Part shown: piece by piece, positions 52,251 to 63,376 of the stretch
Numbering within the stretch: position 1 is the first letter of the stretch
Layout: the number at the start of each line of letters is the position of its first letter
From: Octopus sinensis
Lineage: Eukaryota
Direction of reading: 5' to 3'
Length of the DNA: 64,000 nt
Assembly (NCBI RefSeq): GCF_006345805.1
Contig: NC_042997.1
Span: forward strand, 172,484,001-172,548,000
Translations under genes and position numbers: made by a program
The notes under the pieces: generated by a model
Databases searched by the model: none
Told to the model about the DNA's origin: nothing
The model's input: the letters and a program-made list of their open reading frames with translations, nothing else

Positions 52251-52474
52251 TCAAAATATTACATTATATAATTAGGGCTTAGTAAAATAAATTACTTTGC
52301 CACATACTGGACTTAGTAGAAATAGCAGCCAAAAAAATTTTTCTAGCCATTTCTACTACTTAAAGAGTAGTAGAAATGGCTAGAAAAATTTTTTTGGCTG
52401 CTATTCTACTAAGTCCAATATGTGGCAAAGTAATTTATTTTACTAAGCCCTAATTATATAATGTAATATTTTGA
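52251..52474. repeat. Near-perfect 224-bp palindrome
   Basis: ~110-bp arms with one mismatch and one 1-bp indel, 5-nt loop TAAAG; abuts a (TA)n tract. Confidence 0.95.
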
Positions 52475-52569
52475 ATTCGCCTTAAATGGTCCTTTTACAT
52501 ACTGAACACTTGGTGAAATTGATTAATTAATTAATTTTACCCTCAATTGTTGATATATATATATATATA

Positions 52570-53250
52570 TATATCATCACTGTCATCATCATCATTTAAT
52601 GTCCGCTTTCCATGCTTGCTCGCATGGTTTGGACGGTTTGACTGCAGACTGGCAACCCAGGAGGCTGCACCAGGCTCCAATCTGATCTGGCAGAGTTTCT
52701 ACAGCTGGATGCCCTTCATAACATCAACCACTCTGAGAGTGTAGTGGGTGCTTTTTATGTGCCACTGGCACAGAGGCCAGTCAGGCAGCACTGGCATCGA
52801 CCATGCTTGAATAGTGATTTTTATATGCTACCGGAACAGGAGCCAGTCTGGTGGGAGTGGCATTGACCAGGCTCAAATGGTGCTTTTTATATGCCACCGG
52901 CACGGATGCCAGTCAGGCAGTACTGGTATCAGCCAAGACAATGATTTCACTTGACTCAACAGCTCTTCTCAAGTACAGCATATTGCCCAATGATTGAAGG
53001 GTACTCTTAAATGAGCCGGTCATGTGACACTGGCACAAGCCACGTCTATGGTCTGGCTTGGCTTGCTAGGTCTTCTCAAGCACAACATATCTCCAAAGGT
53101 CTTGGTGACTTGTCATTGCCTCTGTGAGGCCCAAAGTTAAAAGGTCATGCTTCACCACTTCATCCCAGGTCTTCCTGGGTCTACCTCTTCCATAGGTTCC
53201 TTCCACTTTTGGAGTGTTACACTTTTTCACACAACTGTCCTCATCCATAT
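52570..53250 (-). mobile_element. 5'-truncated RTE LINE: ORF C-terminus plus 3' UTR with three ~64-bp tandem units and (GAT)n tail
   Basis: MDEDSCVKKC...KVEGTYGRGRPRKTWDEVVKHDLLTLGLTEAMT; CCATG-containing hairpin before the tail. Confidence 0.88.
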
Positions 53251-53261
53251 GTAACACATAA

Positions 53262-53330
<69 letters not shown>

Positions 53331-53571
53331 TACATATACACACATATACATATATGTACATACATACATATATACATACACTTACACATATGCACAGATG
53401 TTGGTGTGTGGTAAGAAGCCACATGATTGCAGGTTCAGTCCCACTACACCTTGGGAAAGTGTCTTCCTAGCCTTGGGCCGTCCAAAGCCTTTTGAGTGGA
53501 TTTGGTAGGCAGAAACTGAAAGGAGCCTATCGTGCATTTATATATATACTGTGTGTGTGGGCAGGTGTATA

Positions 53572-54170
53572 TGAGGTCTGATCAGTAAGTATCTGGACTG
53601 TTACCATAGTAATGAAACTAAAGCATGAAGAGTAAAGCCACTTGGCAAGGATTAACCTTGGACTCTGCTGTGCATGTACACTAAGTTTTTAATGTTCTAA
53701 CTCACTTCCGCCGTTTACAGCAGTGCTTGGAAGGAATGTGTGTAGCATGTGATCGTCACATTGACCATGACAGAGAAAGTTGTCATGGCAATACCTGCTC
53801 AGAGGCCTACACAAAGTTGCAGAAAGTGTATGGAGCGGAGTGTATGAGCTGCACACAAATGTATAGGTGTTTCAGACATTTCGAAGATGGCTGAAAAATG
53901 TCGATATTAACGAGCGTTCTGGGGGACCCACAACCAGCAGAACTGAGTAAAACAATACTGTTGTGTATGCAACTGTGAGGGGGAAGTCGTCGCACCACTA
54001 TCAGTGAGTTATCAGAAGATGTGCTGATTAATTACGATTCAATTCAGTTCATTATCACTGAAGATTTGGGTATGAAATGCATGTCTGCCAAGTTTGTGCC
54101 AAAATGCTTTCAGCTGACCGAAATGACACTCAGGTTTCAGTTGCACAAGATCTTGAATGTTAGAGAACTC
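53572..54170 (+). pseudogene. Mariner 5' fragment: TIR plus N-terminal HTH region
   Basis: TA|TGAGGTCTGATCAGTAAGTATCTGGAC terminus; EAYTKLQKVYG..CMS.TQMY..F..F.DG...ERSGGP.TS...RRTTISELSE...IITEDLGMK.MSAKFVPK. Confidence 0.85.
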
Positions 54171-54814
54171 CGAATGACCCGTCCTTGTTTTTTTTGTTCT
54201 TGTTTTTATATCGTCTATCTGGATGTTTTGTTGTCCCTTTTTGTATCACCTAGTTGTCCGGATGTTTTGCGTTCTTGTCTCATTTTGTATTTTATATATA
54301 TATATATATAAATAAATAGATATATATAGATATACATACACATATAAATAAAACAAATTATAGAGATGGAAAATGGAATATATGAGAAACTTTATTATTC
54401 ACAATGATTGTTGCAACACATCTTGCATTGATCCCTCGCAGATGGAATACTGTACAACTGGTTGTGATGCATCCCTTATCCCTTGGAGCAGACGTATCTC
54501 TTCGGGTGATATTATAAGGAGTATCTCATTAAATAAACTCTACTTCGCTCGGTTTTATTACAGCATGTTGCCACTGACAGTATGTTTAAGCTGTTAGGCA
54601 GGAATGGTAAGGGACAGATTCTGTTGCAACTATAGACAAAGACGGAGAAATTAAGAAAAATATGACGGAAAATAAAACATACAATAAAGCAAAACTTTTT
54701 TGTGTTAGTATCCACATATAGTTACTTCCATAACCATACTTGCTGTACACACTCTCTCATATGCAGAGTTTGCATATATATGCATATGCACACATACACG
54801 CATATATATATTTA

Positions 54815-54857
<43 letters not shown>

Positions 54858-55185
54858 GTTTAGCTACAGCAAGGAATTGTCTACTTTATACAGTAAAATG
54901 GATGTAAAACAGCTATTAAAACTGATATCTTTTTTTTTTTCATTTTATTGATAAAATAACCACAATTTATCAAATAACTAATTTTGGCAAAAAATATGTA
55001 TGTATAAATCTTTATTCTGATAGCCCATCTATTAATAGAAATGTGCCTAGTGATTAATTTATTTTTTCTGGAAATTTCTGAATGAATTTTTATTTAGTAG
55101 CTTTTTTTTTTTATCACTTTAAGTCAGTAATTTAGCCCCTATTTGCTATACAATCCTTTATTTAATTATTTTTCAGATTCTATAG

Positions 55186-55231
55186 ATAATGGAGAACAGA
55201 TCAAAACCTACAAATCAGGATGAAACCAAAA
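55186..55231 (+). CDS. Candidate exon, IMENRSKPTNQDETK; alternative acceptor at 55177; ATG 55189 could instead be a start codon
   Basis: Acceptors tatttttcag| (55176) and ttctatag| (55185); consensus donor AAA|GTAAGT at 55232; the ATG has A at -3 and G at +4. Confidence 0.4.
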
Positions 55232-55502
55232 GTAAGTCATCAAACTTGACAAAAAATCTTGTTTCTCTTTTTGCTCCTTTTTTTTATTATCTCTGTCTTT
55301 TTTTTTTGCTTTTTTATTTTTGTATTTTATTTTGCAAAACTAACACATTACAATTTGTAATCAAAATGAAGAAATGGAAAAAAAAAGTAAATGAAAATTA
55401 TTTTCTGAGAAAGAAAAATACCATTGACAATTAAACAGTATGATATAAAGATTATTCTCATTCTGTCTGGTTTATAACATAAATCCTGGTTACTATAAAC
55501 AA

Positions 55503-55858
55503 CTCTTTACTCTTTTACGCTTTTACTTGTTTCAGTCATTTGACTGTGGCCATGCTGGAGCACCGCCTTTAGTCAAGCGAATTGACCCCAGGACTTATTC
55601 TTTGTAAGCCTAGTACTTATTCTATCGGTCTCTTTTGCCGAACCGGTAAGTTACGGTGACGTAGACACACATACATATTTATATACACATATATACGACG
55701 GGCTTCTTTCAGTTTCCATCTACCAAATCCACTCACAAGGCTTTAGTTGGCCTGAGGCTATAGTAGAAAACACTTGCCCAAGGTGCCACGCAGTGGGACT
55801 GAACCCCGGAACAATGTGGTTGGTAAACAAACTACTTACCACACAGCCACTCCTACTC
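55503..55858 (-). mobile_element. SINE family A; further decayed or partial copies near 314-470, 3170-3612, 8050-8250, 14120-14235, 41200-41530, 44310-44460, 46840-47100, 49680-49800, 53395-53535
   Basis: Direct similarity to 2394-2785. Confidence 0.88.
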
Positions 55859-56167
55859 CTAATTCATTTGGTAGTTCTTTAAAACAAAGAGAAAAATTCT
55901 GGCAGGTAGATGTGAAGTGGCTCTCTATATTGTCATTATTGTGTGTGTGTGTAACAATCATAAAGCAGCTGATTATTATTTTCTTTAATATGATACTGGA
56001 CTTTGGTCTTAATTGTAATTAAGGTGCATATGCTTTTGAAATCTTTTACTGCTTTAGTCATTAGAGTGCTGCAAGGCTTGGGCACCGCCTTACAAGATGT
56101 TTGTCAGTTACAACAACCCTTGTACTTATATTAGTGAAAGTGTGTGGCCTTGTTGTTAGGATGCTGT

Positions 56168-56326
56168 ACTCACAATCTCAAGATTGTGCGTTAGGTTCCT
56201 GGTGCCCATGAAACTACATGGACCCTAAGTAAGGCATGTGCAAAATTTGAATGAAATTAGTCGTGTAGTTCTCAAGATTTAGGGAAACACAACTCACAAT
56301 CTCAAGATTGTGCGTTAGGTTCCTGG
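56168..56326 (+). repeat. Perfect 35-bp direct repeat flanking an 89-bp insert inside a SINE E head
   Basis: ACTCACAATCTCAAGATTGTGCGTTAGGTTCCTGG at 56168-56202 and 56292-56326. Confidence 0.95.
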
Positions 56327-56526
56327 ATAAGGTGGCACATTATGTTCTTGTGCAAAACACTTCATTTCGTGTTTCTCCAAGGTTTCTGATTCAAAGGGAA
56401 TGTTGTGTTCTCAGTCAATATATGTTATGGAAACCAGGTAACCTGCCTTATGAGTCCCAGGACTCTATAACAGTAATGTCCATTGGGTTGATGATGATGA
56501 GAACTTAGAATCATCATTATCATCAT

Positions 56527-56755
56527 TTAACCCTTTCGTTACTGTATTTATTTTGAAATGCTCTGTGTTTCTTTCAATTATTTTAAATATAACAAAGAAT
56601 TTGGTAAATTAACTTCGTTATCATTAAGCTAGTGTTAGGAACATAAATTTTAACTAAGATTTGGTGAAAGATTTGAAATCAAAACTTATGGAAACAAGAC
56701 ATTTATACTAAAGGGCCAGAGCCAGTTTCAGCCGGGTTGGTAACGAAAGGGTTAA
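56527..56755. mobile_element. piggyBac-type MITE family P1 inserted at the TTAA of an RTE tail; older copies 10197-10412, 22234-22530, 60040-60266; fragment 30376-30403
   Basis: Perfect TIR CCCTTTCGTTAC / GTAACGAAAGGG with duplicated TTAA. Confidence 0.92.
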
Positions 56756-57905
56756 TGTCCATTTTCCATGCTGGCATGGGTTAGACAGTTTGACTGGAAC
56801 TGGTTAGCCAGGGAGCTGCGCAGGCTCCTGTCTGTTTCGGCTTGGTTTCTACAGCTGGGTACCCTTCCTAATGCCAACCACTCCATAGAATGTACTGGGT
56901 GTCATTTACATGTCACCAACACGGTGCCTTTTGCATGTCACTGGCACAGGCCTTTTGTGTGTCACCTGCATAGGTATCTTTGTGTGTCACCAGCATGGGT
57001 TAGGGTTAGGGTCTTCACCTGTCCCTGGCATTGGCTACAACTCAGATTTCACTTGGTTTAACTCGTCTTCTCAAGCACTGCAAATCACAAATATTTTATC
57101 AATCTGTATTTATCGAGTGGAGACTTGCAATGCAAGACTCCTTTTTTTTTTTTTCTGTCCTTCAGTACTACTTTCTCTCTCTCCTCCTCTCTCTCTCCAC
57201 TCACACCCCCAGTTGAAGGAGTCTTGTCTTGCAAGTTACTTAGTGACCTCACTGCTGCTAGTATCATATCAAAAGCACCCAATACACTAGAATGGGCATT
57301 CAGCTGTAGAAACCGTGCCATAAGTAGACAGCAGGGATTGGTGCAGTCTTCTAATTTACCATTTGCAGTGAAATTGGTCAACCCATGCCATCATGATAAA
57401 CAATTGTTATATGATGGTGATCATGATGCTATTTATTGAGTGGCTACGTTACCTTTTGATATAGCATCAGTTTTGTTTAAAAACAAAAAGCAAAAACGTA
57501 AAGAAAATGGTAGTATTGTGTGAAACATGAAAAACAAGAACAAATGACCATTTCCAAAGTTGGTGTAGATTTGTAACAAAATATCTAGTTTAATTCTACT
57601 GAGTGTTTTCAACTACAAATTTCATTGTTTATCTACTGTCCTTCAAATACTGCTTTATTTCTTTTTACATCATTATTGTTTACACTGTTGTCATTATCAT
57701 CATCATCACCATCAGTAGAATTGCTTCGAGGTGTGAAAATAATTGACTTGAACTAAAGTTCTTATTGAACAAACGAACAGCTGTAGATATTCCAGCTGTG
57801 ACTAGCCTGTCTTTCTGAAAATTCAGAACTACATTGTCCAACAAATTTTTTTTCTTTTTTAAAAATAGTAGGGTGCAGTCTGGGAGAGATTCAGCTGCTG
57901 TTTCT

Positions 57906-58102
57906 TATTTCTTTATTGCCCACAAGGGGATTAAGTCAAGTACATCGGTCCTAGTGCATAACTGGTACTTAATTTATCGACCCCGAAAGGATGAAAGGCA
58001 AAGTCGACCTTGGCGGAATTTGAACTCAGAACGTAACGGCAGACGAAATAGCTCTAAGCATTTCGCCCGGCATGCTAACGTTTCTGCCAGCTTGCCGCCT
58101 TT
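57906..58102 (-). mobile_element. SINE family B inserted into a family F repeat; decayed B copies near 20000-20570 (three in tandem), 27220-27390, 63640-63860
   Basis: 16-bp TSD TTCAGCTGCTGTTTCT at 57890-57905 and 58103-58118. Confidence 0.9.
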
Positions 58103-61100
58103 TTCAGCTGCTGTTTCTGGCAGGTCAAGCAACTGTATTGATAGTTTCTTGTTGATTTGCTTTAATGTCTTTTTTCACAAATGCATCCATTTGTTTCAAT
58201 ATCATTGAAAAAAGGGTACTTTGACTAATCCCCCTTAGATTTTATTAAGTATAATTTTTCTGCACCTCCATTCCTAATTCCTCTGCCCCTGTTCACTTCT
58301 GCTCATTTCTTTGTGGCTCCTACTGATTATGCTTACCCTTTTTTCTAAACGGTAGTAGCCATGTAGCTCCTCTGCAACAAGAACATGCTCTTCCCCCTCG
58401 TCTTGTGGTTCATAGTCTTACAAGCTTTGTGGCGACCTCACTTTTGCCAGTGGCACATAAAAGCACTCTGTATATACTGTAAAGTGGTTTGTGTTAGTTG
58501 AGATACGGTATAGTCTTTGAATCTATCAGATCCTGTCAAAATGTCTAACCTTATTAGTGCTTGTTGACATAGGGACAAACTTCATAGAGGTTTTAAATTT
58601 TAACCTTTTAGTATTTAAACCAGCCATACAAGGCCCAAATATTCTATCTGTTTTATATTCAAACTGGCTAGATCTACACCTTCCCTACAATGTCATTCCG
58701 AAAATAAGCAATCACTACATTGAAATTTCAAAGCTATGAAATAATGCAAAATTAATTCAAAACAATGTGAATAAATAAGCATTACATACAACAGAGTAAT
58801 CTGAACATTAAGTGGTTAAAAGTTGATTCCTTAGTGTTAATTGTTCTGAAAGTGAATTCTTCCAGCTAGTTGTTCTGAAAGTGGATTCCTGGAATATTTT
58901 TGTGAGCACCAATATTTGGAAAGTCTTTCATTCTTAATCATGCAATAATGCAGTTTCTGCATTAGCGTAATAGAGTTATTGCGATTGAATTATTGAAAGT
59001 AAAATCTGACGGCATTGCCATTAGTTGGTGCTAAAGGGCTTTGTGTGATCTAATTCTTTTGCCATTAGATGATATTAAAGAAAACCTGATTCTTTTGATA
59101 TTTGAGATTAATGTTTCAAAATTGTAATTGTATTTTAGAATTCTTTTTATGAATACTTTTGAAGGGTATCTTCCTCTCCAATAAAGCACCAAACTGCATT
59201 CCCGTGCTTATTGATTATTTTTTTTTTTTTTGATTTTTTTAACCTGATTTCAAACGCTGTTAGAGAAACAAGCATGGGGGTAAAATATCTGTGAAAGAAT
59301 TTGAATGGTTAGGTGGTCTTTAGATTAAAAGGCTGCATGTAATAGATGGTGTGGAACTTCGGAAGAAAATAATTGTTTGATTACAAATTAAAAAGAGAAG
59401 GCTGCATCTTCTACTTTTGGTCAAAGATAAATTATGACTTTCAAAATTAGTAACAGAATAGGTTCTCATTGTAAAAGCAAAAGAGAGGAGAGAGGACAAA
59501 GTATGACAATAAAAGAGAAATGTGAAGACTTATTAGGGAAGAACACTTTTTCATCTGATGAATAGATACTTTTCTTCTGATGAGTGCCAGTGAGTGAAGA
59601 GACACTTAAGACACTTTTCCGAATGAGTGTCCCTTTTTAATGAAAATAAAGTCCAAACCATCATTAATATAAATGATTAGTAATACAACTTAGTGTATTT
59701 GATGATATAAAGACACACAAGCATGTTAGATGCACCTCAGTATCAACAGTGCATATTCGTTAGAAAACATGTCTAGTGCATTAATGTATGTAATATTTAA
59801 AGTGATCTAGCAGTACATTACAAAACAATACAAAAGCATTTACTGTATATAAAAAGCAAGTTAGCAATACAGCTAAACATAAAGCAAGGCATCACGACAA
59901 TTGAAAATAGTCTGCATGATTACTGTGATAAAACCTGCAAGAAAAATCAAAGCAGAATAATACATTTTATAAAAAGCATGCATAAGTAAATGTTATTATT
60001 ATGGAGTCAGGTTTGGTAGAGGAGACTGTCTGGATTAACTCTTTTGATGGCAATCTGCCTAAAACTAATCCTGGTTCCATGATACAAATTCCGATTTTAA
60101 ACTGATCTAAATTGAAGCTTTCCATCAAAATTTCATGTTAATTTATGTTCCAAACACCAGCTTAATAACGACAAAGTTATTTTATTAATTTCTTCATTAT
60201 TTTCTAAATTAGTTGAAATGAAAGCAGTGCATTTCTACAGAAATTTAGTAATAAAAGGGTTTTAAATTAACTTATAGTAGTGAACAGGGACAAAATTAGC
60301 TTATGAGAAGCCCAACTTCTCATATTGGCCCCAGGGTAATTTTTTTAAGCATGTAGGGGTGGGGATGTGTCTTGTATGCCATCAAATATATATGTTTTTA
60401 GTAATTTATTCAAAGGCATGTGGTTTAGTGGTTTAGGTATTGGGCTCGTGATCATTAGATCATGGGTTCAATTCAGGGACAGAGTAGCCTGTAGTGTCCT
60501 TAAACAAAACACTCACATTTCTTTAGTCCAGTCAGATTAAAATGAATACCAGAGACAGTTAGCCCTGTTGCGGACAGACATTTTTTTCTTTTCAGTAGGG
60601 GTCTTCTCTCAGTCAATCAGAAACTAGGGTAAACTCTGGTGGAAACCATTATTATGATTATGTTGTTACATCACAAAAGGGCAAGGTTGCAGTTATTTTT
60701 TTTTAGCTTGGAATCACCTAATATCCCATGTTTTTGGAGTATGTTTAGTTGCTTCTTATGAGGTGAGATTCAGGAAATGTTGTTTATGCTCACATGCGTT
60801 ATTGTGGTTTAACCCAAAATTTGTTATTGAGTAGACCTATGATCAAAAACATTCTAGTAAGGGCATCTCTGTTTCTTTCCTCCTTCACCCTCAATATATT
60901 CTACTTTGATTGACATTTTCCAGCATGCAGAGGGTATGATTTGAAGGAGATTTGGTTGTTATTTCTACCTGCTTGAGTGACCACATAAAGGCTCCTTGTT
61001 GGCTCATACAGAGCTGTGCAACATTTTAAAGTAAACAAGCAGGTCACATGAACACATCATGATAAGTCTAAAAGCATATAGTGAAGCATCTACATCTCAA

Positions 61101-62689
61101 TTGACTAATGATCTAATCTCTGTTCATGATACTGATTCTGACTGTGATATACACAAATCCATCTATTCATCTATTCATAATCCATAGACCTAAAGAGGCT
61201 GCTGCAGGTACATAGCAAAGTGCATTTCAGTAGGAAGGCAATCTAATGGCACCTGCTTTCTTTCCAAATATTGTTGGCTGTTAGTTTCACTGTAAGACGT
61301 TCTGCATTTTGACAAGTATTATTTTTAATCCTGCTGGGTACCTACTCACCTTCTTCACCTTGAAGGTGGAAGTGGTGTTGGAAAAGGCTTAAATGTTAGT
61401 CATTTCCCTGCTGACTTCTCTTGTAAAATTCTTCATCACCATTCACCCCAATATATTTATTTATTCTCTAGAATATTATAAAGTTATCATATAATGCTGT
61501 AATGTACATTGAACTGAATATAGTATATTAGAAGCGAAGAATCTTGCATTGGTGACAAGTTATTATCATTTCCTCCAAATTAATTATTGTTAATGTTTGA
61601 CCTGCAACATTATTTTTGTTGCACTTGGATAATCGTTGATGTAAGCAGTAAACTAATATCCTGAAAAATTCCATAAATTGTCAGCTATTTTCTCAATGGT
61701 TTATGGCCTTAATTTGAGGAAATAAACCTGTCCATATTTAATTAACTGGTCATGAAGAGAGAGTGTTATAGATAGGTGTCTTATATAACATCTGACTGAC
61801 AACAAACTACTACATATTTTGTATAGATAGTTTATTATTTTATTAATAGCCCTACCACATCACTGAAATTTGTTCTTCAAATTTGCTTCTACCACATTGC
61901 TGGCATATATGTTTCCTGTTAGGATATGAAAATGTTATTGCAAACGAAAAGTACCAGCTGCCTCAAACATCTAAAGCATAGATGTATATGAGGACAATAC
62001 AATAGGTATGGATTTGGCTATACGGTAAACAAGTTTGCTTCCCAGCCACGTGGTTTAGCGTTCAGTCCCACTGTGTGGAACCTTGGGCAGGTGTTTTCTG
62101 CTGTAGACCGAGCCAACCAAAGCCTTGTGAATGAATTTGGTAAACAGAATCTGAAAGAAGCCCAATGTGTGTCTGTCTGTCTCATTTGTTGTAAATGAGT
62201 ACCATTCATTTCCAATATTCTGTGGTAATGTCTGGGTTACCCAACAGGTAAGGGTTGGCAACAGGAAGGGAATCCAACTGTAGAAAATCTGCCTCAATAG
62301 ACTCTGTCTGACCTATGCAAGCATGGAAGAGTGGATATTACAATGATGAGGTCTGTCAAAAAGGAAGCCAGATTTTTTTATAAAGCAATTACCATCTATT
62401 TCAACTCCATTCCCACTTAGGCAAGTGTCTTCTATGTATGTGTGTGGTGTGTGAGAGTTTGAAAGTTTCTTGTCTCTTAGGAACATTGTATTCTAACTGT
62501 AAACAAACTGCACCATTATACTAATGGTGCTGGTCACTAGCAATCTTCTTTGGAAGAACATCCAGGCATTGTGCTGTGCATGTTCAAAGGATTGGAGAAA
62601 ATTTCCTTGTTTGGAAACTGTTGGTGATTGACAACAGGAAGAACATCCATTCAGAGAAAATTCTGTTTCAGTGAATTTCATTTTGGCTC

Positions 62690-63376
62690 ACACAAGCATA
62701 GAAAAGTGAATGTTAGAGTAATGGCAATGATGTCTCCTTCAAAATTGTTCCCTCCACTACTGATGTACTGCTCCTCACCTTTTCTTTTCTTTGCGGTATT
62801 GGAATGCATTTTCAAAAGTAGTATGCAGTTCTCAGAAAATTTTCTAACTTTTCTTCTATTATCTGAAATCAGCAGCAACCTTCAGAGTATCAAAAATCTG
62901 CAGAAGCCCAATCTTAAGAGTAGGCTTAGGCTCCTGAGGGTTGGGGAAGAGCCATCCCATGCTTTGCCAAAAAGTCATAGATAAGATGTGCTGTCTAAGT
63001 AGGCAACATCCAGATTTTGTTTGTCCAAGTCTCAAGTCTCTTCTTTCATACTGCTTCTCTCAAACACCAACCTGATTGGAAACACTCACTCCTGACATTG
63101 CATTTGGCTTCATACATTATTGGAAAAGTCTCTGTAGAAGTTTTCCCCTCTGAAACACTATTTCATCCAAACACATTACTCCATTGTCCTACTTGTATCA
63201 AGTTACCAACTGCACAAGCATTCCATGTTGCAGATTAATGACTGATATACCATGATGTGGCTATTATTAGACTGAAGGGCAAGCTCACCTGTATACAGTA
63301 CTGCAGTCATGAGTACACTCCACTGGCTGGTTGGCATGCAGTTTTAAAAGTTTAGTGTCTTTTTGGACAGACTGTG
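62690..63376 (-). pseudogene. Internally deleted Tc1/mariner remnant
   Basis: TA|CACAGTCTGTCCAAAA terminus; GKTSTETF N-terminal-like and YISSGGNNFEGD C-terminal-like peptides. Confidence 0.65.

Noticed and set aside
144-54311. The many [12 protein letters not shown]-rich ORFs in the track
   Set aside because: Translations of (TA)n, (TG)n and (TACA)n microsatellites.
1679-56022. Recurrent peptide family MPCSGTEPGTMWLVSKLLTTQPLL / AIVEDTCPRCHAVGLNP, which could look like a novel multigene family
   Set aside because: It is the antisense reading of the SINE A tRNA-like head; frames differ between copies and break at random.
56168-56326. CRISPR-like repeat-spacer-repeat with a palindromic 35-bp repeat
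   Set aside because: Only two repeats, an 89-bp spacer, no cas genes, and the repeat is part of a SINE head in eukaryotic DNA.
59265-59313. EF-hand-like peptide RNKHGGKISVKEFEWL
   Set aside because: Lacks the canonical position-1 Asp, has a weak donor (GTGGTC) and does not match the phase of 55231.
59555-59630. Hammerhead or snoRNA suggested by two CTGATGA motifs
   Set aside because: No stem II followed by GAAA; only small local hairpins.
61349-61388. Minus-strand exon with a GTGAGT donor
   Set aside because: No polypyrimidine tract, the branch-like CTAAC is too close to the AG, and there are no partner exons.
62628-62984. 118-aa + strand ORF as a gene
   Set aside because: Antisense to the decayed mariner remnant; no motifs or splice signals.
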